A DNA stretch of 63,751 nt, the filler included, from Phoronis australis (lineage: Eukaryota; Animalia; Phoronida): the NCBI GenBank assembly GCA_002633005.1. It is 7 parts of 7 records of this genome, joined end to end, with 100 filler letters (N's around TTAATTAATTAA, not from the genome) between each part and the next. Parts side by side here need not be neighbours in the genome. Positions count along the whole stretch, not along the records: positions 23,528 to 27,532 come from NMRA01002751.1; positions 27,633 to 34,916 come from NMRA01002041.1; positions 35,017 to 57,013 come from NMRA01000341.1; 4 more parts are not named here. One strand, 5' to 3'. Positions within the stretch are counted from its first letter, which is position 1. Every line of letters begins with the position of its first letter. The translations under genes and the position numbers were made by a program. Below are positions 23,925 to 35,860 of the stretch, one piece after another. The notes beneath the pieces were generated by a model. That model worked only from the letters and a program-made list of their open reading frames with translations. It made no database searches and was not told the DNA's origin.

Positions 23925-25420
23925 TTAAGCCGGGAAATGTCGAGGCGTTGCGTTTTTTGTGGTTGTGACTACTTAGTACTTGATCACGCTGTGCCCTTTA
24001 CTTTCCCGAGGAGACTGTACAAGAAACGCGTTGGTGGACATGACACACTGGTGTTGGTACGTTCATACGTCACACTCATATCCGTGGAGCTAAAAAACTA
24101 TCACCTGACGTCGTCTTTCTCCTGTTTTCTTGTTTTTGGGTTTTTGAATTCAGGATTGTGATGTACTGTGCTAAAGGAAGGTTTAACGATGGTGTCGAAA
24201 CAAGGTCATGGCGGTTTTAAATCACCTTAAGTTTCGGGACTTTATACTTTGTCTAAAGCTGGAAAGAGACAAGTCACGGTGTTTACAAACCTTACTATTG
24301 CTTTATCCGGAAGATAGCAGCACGTGGATTCACAGAGCATAAAAGTCTGCTATCTCCTGTCAGAACGCGTAAAATGTTTTGCGAGACAGTGCATGACGAT
24401 TAATACAAGACGTGGCCCCGTGCGCCAGACGAACAAAACTTCCGGTTTTATGAAACACTGGTTCGCGATTGTTATTTGACAGTTGTATTCCCTACAGTTG
24501 TATGCCACTTTAAATTGATTTCATAGATTCTTTAGTGGAATACGTTTTTCAGGTGCGACTTCAACAATAATCCCATTCATACAAAATCAAGTTCGTAAAG
24601 ACTTCAATTAATATGTTTAACAGAGCTTTGGTTGTAAAAAAATATTAATTTTACCATTTATTTAACCAATTTCATTTGTTGTGAATGAAGTCAAAGCTTC
24701 CCATATAATAGCAGTTTGAGTCTTCTCATTTAATGAGAATAAGTGCATGAACATGACCGAGCTGCGGGGACTATACCCATATACTAAGCCATACTGAGGT
24801 GTATAAAAGCGTGTCGCTGGGCTTTTCACGTCCAGATTCCCTGCGAAATGGCTCACTGTTTGGATTAAAACCTTGAACAAATGGCATTGTTTTAGAGCAT
24901 AACTTTACAGAGGGGGTTTCACGTTTTGATTAGCTATTTTTACGACCAGTTACAAGCCGTTAGTTCATACTGAGCTACAGTAGGGCCACTGTTCCCGTCC
25001 CCTTAATCCCCTGTCTCTCTAATGGGGTGGCACCTCCCGTTAATATAGTTTTGTTGCCCCGCGGAAAAAAACTCCCGTACATTTAGCTTTCACCAGCGAC
25101 ATTCCAAACCTTTGCCGTTTCTGTCAAAAACAAGTTTCAATTTGAGACAGGTGCCGTTGTAAAAATGGTCACGTTAGGTTATGTTTTCATTTTAAAAGAA
25201 ATATACATTTCTTCCTTTTTTCCATTACAAAAGAAAGAAAAAAGAATAATATGTTCGCTAAAGTATCACCTCGAACAGTTGATATGATTCAACTTTGCAG
25301 TCGCCAATTACTTACCACGATGGCAGACGCATCACAGCATTACTCAGGGACATGAGGAACCCCTGTCTTATTTTAGGCAAAACTTTTAACATCAGCCGTA
25401 GTTCCTGCACTTTCAGACTG

Positions 25421-25499
25421 CATGGGCGGCGCACCATAGGGGTCTGCGTGGGGGGGGGGGCTATAATCCCCCACTTTTTTCAGTGTTGCGCCGCCCATG
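25421..25499. mobile_element. Short hAT-like MITE
   Basis: 13-bp TIR CATGGGCGGCGCA...TGCGCCGCCCATG around a G-run/C-run core. No clear TSD. Confidence 0.6.
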
Positions 25500-25645
25500 A
25501 GATGGATGGAGACTCACAGAGAAAGAGCCATTGGGATAGACACGGAGAACGAAGCAATTTATTCAAGCAGAAATACAAAAATCACTAAACAATATGAGTG
25601 GCTTAATTCCGTTGATCTAAATTTCGGGTACTAAGCGAGAGTCCT

Positions 25646-26480
25646 ATGCCCAGTTGCATGAAATAATCCTAAATAGAGATTCAACTAAGTTCCCTAAATA
25701 TGTTGCATATTTGTGTCATTCTTTACTCACAGATCTAAACTTTTCCTGTCATTTTATTTTAATTATGAGCTCCTCTTTCACTACCGACATTTTCTAAAAA
25801 ATATTAACTAAATACTGAGCCTTGAGTTCAATGAAAATTAAGAGTCCTTTTAAAACTAGAGGGTGTTGCATGAAAAAATTACAACTTATTTTCAGTAATA
25901 TTGAGAATTCAAGACAGAGCTCATTCTCGATTTGTTTCAAAGCATGCGCGCACCCAGCCGGAAAAATGGGGGGCTCGAATTTTTGAGAATGTGGACATTT
26001 TACTACAAACAACAGGGTAAGTTCAGAGCTACGAATTATGCATTCGCCGAATTTTGGTAGATCCTGCCTTTTTAGTGAACTTTTGTCTCGTATTCTGCTT
26101 TTTCGGACTTTTTGTTTCTCTGAGGCGGACATTTTTACTCACTTCGCCAAGTGGGGTACTCTTTCGAGCCCTCCTCCTTGGGTGCCCACATGGAAAGAGA
26201 ATTAGTAATTACAATTAAAACAGCGTAAGAAAGGACAACCAGTGTTGTCAAACCTCCACAAATACGCAGGAGCTTTAGGTGCCTTAGTTTAGTCCCTGTT
26301 TGGAACACAACTGCTTTATTTTATTTCTCAACCAGGGATGCGTTGCTTAAAACTTCAACATTATCCGCTGGATAAGTTTGATTGTTGCTTGACGTCAGAT
26401 GCATTGTTCAACAATAACAACGTGACGCCTGATAATGGGACGTCATTGTCGTTGCTATACACTTTTATGCAACTGGGCCC
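25646..26480. mobile_element. PIF/Harbinger-like MITE containing a nested hAT-like MITE (25943-26192)
   Basis: Outer TIRs GCCCAGTTGCATGAAA / TTTTATGCAACTGGGC. Inner imperfect TIRs CATGCGCGCACCCA / TGGGTGCCCACATG. Confidence 0.6.
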
Positions 26481-27304
26481 AGAGAACTGCCATTTCCCAG
26501 CCGGTCACAACCAACGTAAAATACCATGATAATATGTCTAACAATAGCTAATTTACAAAGCCCACGTGACCATATAGTGACTCATAAACACATACAAGAT
26601 ATAATGGACGTGTTTACCACACGATTTTTAAATATACCGCGACATATATGGAGACATTTACTGTTAAAATAGGTGCATCTGAACTTGAAAGTTGGTTCGT
26701 GAGAACGCACCTGGCCAACTGGGGATATCAGAGAACCTGAGGTAGTCTACAGAAATTGCCTACAGCGTGGCGTTTTCGTAATAATCTAATGGATACCAGG
26801 AATCGTAACCGCGACATTTCAACGACATACATGTCTGGAATAATTGATCGTACCCACCGAACACCGCAAACTAGTGAAATTATTGAACATGTAGGAAGAA
26901 TGCCAAGAACGGAAACTCTCGTAGAAACGTTTCTACCGTTCTGGTTTAGATTATAATGCGAATCTATTGTTCGATCTAATCATGCAGAGACTAATACAGC
27001 ACGCTCGGTTGGTGTTGATAAATATTTGAAGAGACCACATGAATGATAGCTAATTCTAACTTGACATAAATGATAAATGAAGTGTGCCAAGTGTCATTTG
27101 CGTCATCTCTACGACAATTAGTACCGGTATGTAGTGCCTATATTCGTTACTTCAAAAAGCATTTGCTCGTACTTTTGCACATGCCTTGAAGGCGCATGCG
27201 CATCCTGTGTCTCTCGATCGTACAGATGGATTTCTTGTGTTCCATACTACGTACAATAAACACAATTTGGCACCACAATAACAGCTTTTGCTCGAGACCA
27301 GAGA

Positions 27305-27448
27305 AGAGTTCAGTAACGCTAGGGCCTCGCAAAAAAGTACGACTTCGCGAGATTACGTGAAATATTGTCGTGTATTTTAAATGAGAACACGTTCTTTTGG
27401 CTAGATTTTAGCGAGGTCCTAGCGTTGGTCCTAGCGTTACTGAACTCT
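27305..27448. mobile_element. MITE with 19-bp terminal inverted repeats
   Basis: AGAGTTCAGTAACGCTAGG ... CCTAGCGTTACTGAACTCT. Confidence 0.65.
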
Positions 27449-27532
27449 AACCAGTACCTTTGTGAAAAGTATGTCTAATTGTTCCTTCGCCACAGTGGCG
27501 GATCTAGGATACCATAAGGGCCGGGGGGGGGG

Positions 27533-27632
27533 NNNNNNNNNNNNNNNNNNNNNNNNNNNNNNNNNNNNNNNNNNNNTTAATTAATTAANNNNNNNNNNNN
27601 NNNNNNNNNNNNNNNNNNNNNNNNNNNNNNNN
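27533..27632. other. Artificial contig spacer
   Basis: N44-TTAATTAATTAA-N44. Confidence 0.97.
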
Positions 27633-30600
27633 AAATTTGAACTGGTTTTGTAAAGGGCTCTGCAACTATCATCTAACTTCGGGTAGACGTCGAAGTCAAA
27701 TCTATCTTGTGACCACTGCTTTAGCTCGTCATGCTGAAATAGACAAGTTTATAGGCGTGGATTGTGCTTAAGATAAAGTTTTATAAAAAGAATACAAATG
27801 ACTGGCTTGTGTGACAAGATTCTTGTAGTTATATTTGAAGGAGAATCATGTCCGCTAACAGGTGTACCCTATCGCAAGCCGTTCGGCGGAAAACGTCGCC
27901 AGTAACGACGTACGAAATTACCACCGAGACTTCCCTCGTGTTTTACGACCGTGATCTTTATACATGTATTGAAAGAGTAATTTGAGGGTGAGGTCTAAAG
28001 AAGTTGTGCTTTCGTAGTTTTACACTCGCATTTTTTGCTCCATATCTTACGCTCGTATTAGTAAGCTCGTAATTTTACCAAGACCGGGTCGTTAGATTTA
28101 GGTCATGCCAGTCAACGCCACTTAAAACTCAGTTGATACTGTTTTGTGGCGCAAATGGTTTGTTATTCAAATGTATTGAATAAAGAATTCGCGACTTACC
28201 ACCATCATTTAGAAATTCGACATCATTACACCCCCCCCCGAAAACCGTGTTGAACCTAATATGCTTTTTGTAATGTCATACACTGTGCGACTGTGTGCGT
28301 CATCTGCACGAACTGCTAGGAGTAAGAGAAAGAACATTCGCCTAAAATTTGATAGTGAGAAAACACGGTAATACAAAAAGAAACATTATCAGACTGCCTG
28401 CTAGACGTACATTTTGCCACCTCGGTGTGTACTTAAACGGACCAAATTCAAATGCCTGTGATGATTGGGACAGTGAGTCAAAAATATCAGCCAATCTTGG
28501 ATATTTGTCAATCTTTTGCACTTACATACTTTGCAACCGAGATTTTACGAGCGTAAAATTACGGGCGCACAAAGACTGCTTCAGACGTCATGCGACCTTC
28601 AAGTCAATTTGTCATTGGATTACTTTACCAGCCAAGTTTCGGTCGTAAAACCGAACGTAATTACTGATCAACAACATCCGTTGTGAAACACGAGTGAAGT
28701 CTCTGTCGCAATTACCAGCCTAGTTAGGGGCGACACTTTCCAACGAGCGGCCAACCATAGTACCCACCAATCCACCGGCCACGTGCCACAATACTTCTGG
28801 CTGGTTTACAAAAACTGTTTCTTATATGGTCAAGCAAGTGTTAGGATCGTGCTACTACCAAACTGTTCCATGTATACTCATGTAGATGGGTGGGTTAAGC
28901 TTGTACCACAGTGTTCCTTATATGGTCATATGTGAATAAAGCATTCATCAAATTGTTCCAAATATGTTCATGTAGATGTGTGGTTTAAGCTTGTACCGAA
29001 CTGTTCGCTATATGGCCAGACTGTTCCATTTGTTTGGATTATGTTTGCACCAATCTGATTTGCAGGGAAGAGATTTCTTTATGTATGCCACAACCTTTGC
29101 AAATGAACTCGGGCATACAGTGTACATGTAGTTCTTAGCACATTTTGGCAATAGTTTCATGTATTTGCAGCAGTGCCTTCTTCGCTGGTTTAGTTTGTGA
29201 TTCATTACATCGATAGAACAATACACTTAAACTTAACACAGTTTTCATCTTGTACCTCACAGTTTATTTGTGCATGTGACAGGGTCGAATAGTATTGCAA
29301 ACAATATCTGATCATTCAATACCACAGGCCTACCTTTGCGCGAAAGTCGCTCGTCTCCATTTGCACAACACCACACCTGATATCAGCAACTTTAAAATCG
29401 CCGTCAGGGTGACCAGCAAAGTGAAGTAGTGTTTCTTTGTTTATCTTCTTAAACCTTGTAAGAGGGGGCGGTAGGGAGTCCAACTTCTTACAGGCAGCTA
29501 CTGAAGCAGGAAGAGGTGCCTGTAGGTCCAACTTCAAAACAGCCACGTCCAGATCTTCGTTAGAATACACTAGTGAGTCGACACAGCAGCCGGCAACTGA
29601 CTCGAGTCCAAGCCATTTTGATTTGTCGTAATAAAAGAGCACTGCACTCTTTTTGACTGAAACGAACAAGTTGACATGTGAAATTCCGAACAGTGTAAAG
29701 TCAGGTTAAACTGTTTATTTCCATATATATGTAACACAACACTCACATAGGAAAACCAGCAAACTCTATATTTGAATTCAGCGTTTAGAAATAAAACTAA
29801 CATCGTATAACAACACCGTTCCCAAAGGCATTTCAAGCATGAGTGTAGTCAAAAGTAGCCTTTTAATAACCCGTGCAAGTTGTACGTTAACAAAAGGTGA
29901 AAGGTGCTTTTTGGAAACATGGATGCATATTATGTTGCTGAGGGCTATTTTTGAATGAAGTGCTGTCACTGAAGAGGCCACCCTCATTTTAAATACCACA
30001 GTAATAATTAAACAGAAAAACTACATGATGGCGACCTCCACATTTTTGTATTTTCTCTAGGCATAACAAAGACACAAAACTTGAAAAAGAACGACAAATT
30101 GAAAATTTAATCAATGAAAAGAGACATCTGAGGTCAAGTAATAAAACTAATGAAGGCCCCTGGGAATTTGGTCAGGTTGTTTGGATCTCGTGAGAGCAAT
30201 GCCCCCGTCTATTCATACATGTATATAACCTCACACTGAAGTCGTGATCGGTTCACTAGTACGATTGCTAGTCAAACTCAAGTCAACAAATTTCCGATAT
30301 AAACCATACTCTGTTATCAGAACGGACTTTATTAACACGCCTATTTGAGAGCGTGAAACGCCCATGTTTTTTAATCTTTATTTACATATTGGTTGAGATA
30401 AGACGTTCTCCATCACGGCTTTACATCTGATGATAACGCGCCTAAACAAGTAATATCCATGAACTTGATTTGAACCAATCATGAAGTGTCATTCCTTCTA
30501 GACAAGCCTTGTCTGAGATGAGACTGACGGAAAATGGCCTCGACCAAAACTTTGTGTAAGAACAAACCGTTAAGTAAGAGATAATTTTACCTTTTGTTCT

Positions 30601-33600
30601 GAAAATAACATACTGTAACATAACAGTGTGCACTTGTTCGATCTCAAGAACAGTAAATCGTACTGAATTTATGGTTCTAACTATTCATTTGGTGATTTGA
30701 AGAACGTGGACAGTTTCAGGAAACAGTGACAGTGTGTTTGGGGAAAGCATTTGACCTTTCTTTGGATAATCAGAGAATTGTAGCCTTTGTTTTTACCGTC
30801 GTCAGTTTATAGCCTTTTCAAACGCGAAATATTGAACTGGAAGTAATTTTGGTCTGCTGGAAATACTCGCAGAAATAAACTCATAGAACCTTGTCAGCCA
30901 TAACACTAATTCCAAGGGAAGATTGCACTGAAAATTGGCGTTCAAGGGCAATTAGCTTGTGACATTCTAGCCCCAAAAACTGACGGAAAAGGAGCAGGTC
31001 TAGGCTGACGGCAGTTTCTGTGCTAAATATATGTAGGAAGTGCGTGCCACGCATGGCGTTCAGTAGTACTGTAGTTCCTGGAAGTTGATGTGATTAAATG
31101 AAAATAAAAAATTGGTCTCTGCTCTTATCTACCGGGAGACGGGAGCCCCGTCATTTTCAGAGCATAACCTAAGACTTGTTTAGTTGGGAATGTTGGCACG
31201 ATTACGGGTACCTCTCAGACAAGCAAATTTGACAGTTTTTAGGAACTTTAAACTGAGTGGCAGAGCATTACATTTTTGTCTCGTTTCTTGCACATGTGGA
31301 TTCTTGAACTAGTGATTTTAGGTATAAAAATGAGGCAAAAATTACACTATTTGGCCATTTTTGGCGTCTGATTTTTAAGGTGGACTCGACAAGACAAAGA
31401 AATGACATGGTTGACTGTTTATAGAAAAACCATCAAGTATACTTTTCTGAGTTTTGCCTTTTTTCAGGTGTCACGATACTGTAAACAAGACCCAGCTTTA
31501 TTAACCAGACCAGTGATGACGTCAGAATCAGTTACTTGGTCTGTACAGCTGTGGTCTTTGCTGGTCCAGTTAACTCCAGCATTGCATATGCCGAGCGTAG
31601 CGCTCTGCACGTATTTAAAATGAACCAGAGAAAGGTTTCGCAGAGCGTTACTCAGCCAGTAGTACATCAATCAGGGAATAGAATGCACTCACGATCATCG
31701 CCGAGTTTTTCAGCAACGTGCCAATTGGTCATAACGTAGTCAGGGCCAACGCGGAAACCTGAACCTGTGCCGGTTTGTCCAACAATAAGAGCTACTGATG
31801 AAAAGGCTGTTGACAAAGATGTGTGGAAATGTGCCGACATCGTCTCTTTGTTCAAATCAAATGCAGGACCGAAGCTACACCGGGGCGGCAACTTTCTGGA
31901 ACTTGTGACAGGAAAGTAATCTAGAAGAAAACAAATGTCAAACCATTTTCCAATATCATCAATGATCTCTTCAGTAAACATCAACGTGATGTTTATGTCT
32001 CTGTTATATTGTGTCACAGGTGTTAGTACCTGTCAAACACGAAACAATCTACAAAGGTTGACCAGTTCGCTCACACAAGGAAACTGATATACCAAATGAG
32101 GTGGCGTGCTTTCATTTCTGAAGAAAAATCGAGGAAGTGACGAGCGGATGACATATTTGAAAATGAAGTGAAAAAGATTTGACATCAACAGAAATTCAAC
32201 ATATATATGAACAAATTCCGTTTTAGTGGCAGAGAACCACTTTGAATCATGCAATTTATTCTGTTCTTTATGTTGCACTATGCCACTTTAACAATGGACT
32301 CGTTCGATATCTGGACCAGCCACGACTTATTAGAAACTGTCGTCTTCTAGATTTGTAAACCAAATGGGGTTCTTTTGCCAAATCGTGGCACTCCTTGTGT
32401 AATGAGCTCGATTAGACTGTATTAGATGCAAAATAAAACTAAAGATGGTGGTAATTAAACTAAGATTACAATTAGAAATGACGGTAAAATTGAGCGTTGT
32501 TTATCTGACATGTTTTAACTAAGTCACTTGGTTAGTGCGCACAGTATCAGAAATAAAATAATGCATTAGACAAAAACTGCTTCTTAATCTATTCGGCATG
32601 ACTTCGATGGGTTAACTTATCAAACCTAAACTACATGTAAAAATTGGTAGTCATCGAGTCTGTTCACACCATGTGTTATTTCACAATCGTTGATTTGAGC
32701 GAGGTGCCATCTGCAGGTACATGTTTACGAACTACAACACCATCTATTTTAACATCATATACATATACGGACGAATGTTCAGACCAAGAACACTGTGCCC
32801 AATTATCAGTCGTAGAACAGCTTGGGTCAATTGGTTCCATACACACTGAACTGAGTTTATGGTATCAACATCTCATTTAGTGCTTTGGGTGAATAAAAAT
32901 CGATAATATATTACTTAGAAGCTTGATGGGACTAATCATTCCAATTCGTAGTTCGTTAACAGAGAAGTTTACAATATATGATTGTGCGTAAATAGTATAA
33001 AGCCAATATTTATGACTTATATCCATACATGTATACCTGATAGCCTGATGTCAACACCCAGAATTCCCAGCTCACTTTCGTCTCGCTGTGCTCTTATGTT
33101 TATATCTACCCAACCCTCGGGTACTGTTGCCCCGGAAGACTGCAAGTAGTGCATAACAGATCTTCCGAACTCTAAGGAAGGATCAGTTGTGTGTGCGACT
33201 CTCGCTTCAGCTCCTTCAACAGAACTCGCACGTTGATTTTCCTGCCTTTTTTTCTTGTGATTCTATAACCAATAATAAAAAAGTGCAATACTATGCCACC
33301 ATCGGCTCGGCATGTACACGCGATTAGAAAGAAGCAACGCATAAAATTTAAAAAGCATAAAATTCCTAAAAGTTTATCCACTTAATGAATATCGTAAATA
33401 ATAAGAGTATTGACAAACTAGTTAATTTGGTTGATGAAAGATTATTTAGTTGTGAACAACATTCAGGACAACCAAAATTTATCGTCAAAATGACAAACTA
33501 GAGTGTACCTCGAGGACTTCCGTTATTTTTTTAATAGTTTCGGCGGCGATGTTGTTAAAGAACACGTTGCCCCCTTTTCCACAAACATCATAAGCTGTTT

Positions 33601-34742
33601 CTCCTCTCTGAAATTTGACAAATGATTATAAGTATTGAATTAAAGGACACATATACAGTATCAGCAGGTACTCATAATGGATAATTTTGAGGATCTTGTT
33701 GAACTTAAGATTCCCGTTTGGTTCCATTTGCATAAGTTCAATATCATCATTTAAAGCAAGAGTCTCAGTAGTTATGTGTGTTCCTTGTATAGCAGTTATT
33801 GTCTTTGTTGTTCAAGAATGCTACTCAATGTCAAGTGTTTGTTTTATTAATTTGAGACATTGTCTTTTTATATATGCGTCTGGCAGTATAAACCACATGA
33901 GCTGCTGATTCGTGTACTGAGCTTAAAGAAAGACATGGTGCTCTTAACCCTTGCGGTAAGCTTTGTCATCATAGGGGCTCAACACGTTTTTGTTTCTTGT
34001 TCAAACATTAACATCTACCCAAAACTAAACTCATAACTTTACATGTAGTTTTTTTGTAAATTTCGAGGCATCCACCTGAGAAAAATTTTGAATCTAATAC
34101 AAAACTTGCCGCAATGCCGCACGTTCTGGTTAAAACGCCACCTATTAGGCAGAATAAAAAAAGAACGTCACAAGCCAAGCTGAAGTCCGTGAGAGACGGA
34201 CGCAACCTCCCTAACTCAAGTAAGTTTTATTCCATCTTTAGATTCAAAATTTTATCTGAGTCCTAAACATCCGTGGGGAACGAAAAGGTAATACTTCACT
34301 TAAGTTACTGACTTCTTTTAGCTGTGGGTTCTTCAAATTGTTAAGCAATCACATAGTAACCTGGCTACTACATTAAGTGAATATTTCAATTTGTTAAAAA
34401 TCCCCTGTCAATAGTCGCTTAGAAGTTTACAAAAAAGTAGAAAAGGACTTTGCCAGCAACCGTGGACGCTGTTCCATTGCACCGGGACATATAATTACAT
34501 ATACATGTACATGTACAACTGTAATGAGTTATGATGCCTAAAAACACTGGTTACCTAACCATTGACAAACATCCAATGCAGACATTGACAGCATACATGT
34601 AATGTACATGTACCACACAATTTGACTGACACTCTTATCTTACCGCATTAACAACCGTCGCATCGACACCCGTTTTCAGAAGCAGTTCAACAACTTCTAG
34701 ACGACCACACGAAGACGCGCTGTGCAGCGACGTGTTGCCTCC
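27633..34742 (-). CDS. Ankyrin-repeat plus FAM111-like trypsin-fold serine protease (spliced, partial at both ends)
   Basis: Phase-consistent GT-AG exons: 34742-34644 (GGNTSLHSASSCGRLEVVELLLKTGVDATVVNA, a 99-bp ankyrin exon); 33607-33509 (RGETAYDVC...); 33262-33037; 31920-31693 (SVALIVGQTGTGSGFRVGPDYVMTNWHV, catalytic His); 29656-29334 (EDLDVAVLKL, catalytic Asp; HFAGHPDGDFKVAD); 27733-27633 (…KLDDSCRALYKTSSN into the gap, just before the expected GxSGSP). Confidence 0.8.
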
Positions 34743-34916
34743 CTACAAGAAGTATTGAAATTTGTTGACAAACCAAAAACAAGTTTGCACGATATTCAAC
34801 TGCTGAATAAACAGCTAGTGCAAATTAAAATTAAATTGTCAAAAATAAACAGAGTTCAAAATGAAACAGCTATGACTTATTTCAGTCACGTAACAAGGAC
34901 ATTTTGTTGCCGAACG

Positions 34917-35016
34917 NNNNNNNNNNNNNNNNNNNNNNNNNNNNNNNNNNNNNNNNNNNNTTAATTAATTAANNNNNNNNNNNNNNNNNNNNNNNNNNNN
35001 NNNNNNNNNNNNNNNN
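34917..35016. other. Artificial contig spacer
   Basis: N44-TTAATTAATTAA-N44. Confidence 0.97.
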
Positions 35017-35089
35017 AAAAAACAGTCGGTAAATGCATTAATTTTAGTCTCAGTTCTTCCACGCGTGTTTCTCCCGAGAGGTTAGTACC

Positions 35090-35197
35090 TAACGTGCAGA
35101 CGAGCGTTCCAAATTGGAACGCTAAGTCCCGCGTGGCAGCGCTGCACGCGAAACAAGATGGCGGACGACCTTTGGAGACTGACGACGAGAGGTAATC
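35090..35197 (+). promoter_or_regulatory. Likely promoter/first exon of the UPF0489 gene (YY1-type CAAGATGGCG motif plus splice donor)
   Basis: CpG-rich patch with CAAGATGGCGG at 35154 and GAG|gtaatc donor at 35191, ~670 bp upstream of the start codon. Confidence 0.45.
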
Positions 35198-35860
35198 GGA
35201 CTATATTTTTGGAAAGGTGACAGCATGAGGAATCTAACGATACCAAAATCATATGTGCAACTTATTGTCGTCATATTGTAAACAATTACCCGGGCCCATT
35301 ATTCAGTGATTGCCTGGTCCTCTAAATCAGGGACCGCTACAAGATCCGACCAGTGCTCTCTACTGGGCCAGGTAGACTAGACTCACTAGAGGAGTAGAGA
35401 CGGTGAACCACACGTCAAATGTGGCACACAACAATCAACAATTTCAGTTTGACTGAAAAGACATTGAAAGACAGTACATCAAGAACTAAGGCAAAGAAAA
35501 AAGAGCATTTACCCAGCTTTACACGCCTTGTCAAGACACTCGTTTATGTCAGCACTGCTTTGAAAATCTAACCCACAAGACACGCGTGAACTGGAGGCAG
35601 ACATCTTTAATTGTACCGGGCTGTAATAAACTGAGAAAAGTGTTTTTAATTCAACTTCAATATTAATAAGCCATTGGTAATAATCATAACTGCATTACTA
35701 ATTGAAAATTTTAACCATTAATTTTCAAATTCGTTTCGTTTCAAGGTTTTTGAGTAGAAAACTTATTTTTAACACAACGAAATCTTACTTGTATGGATTA
35801 TTGTTTTGCTCAAATCCAAGATGTCAGCCTCCATGTGAGAAGTTGTCCGTTTTTTTTGCG

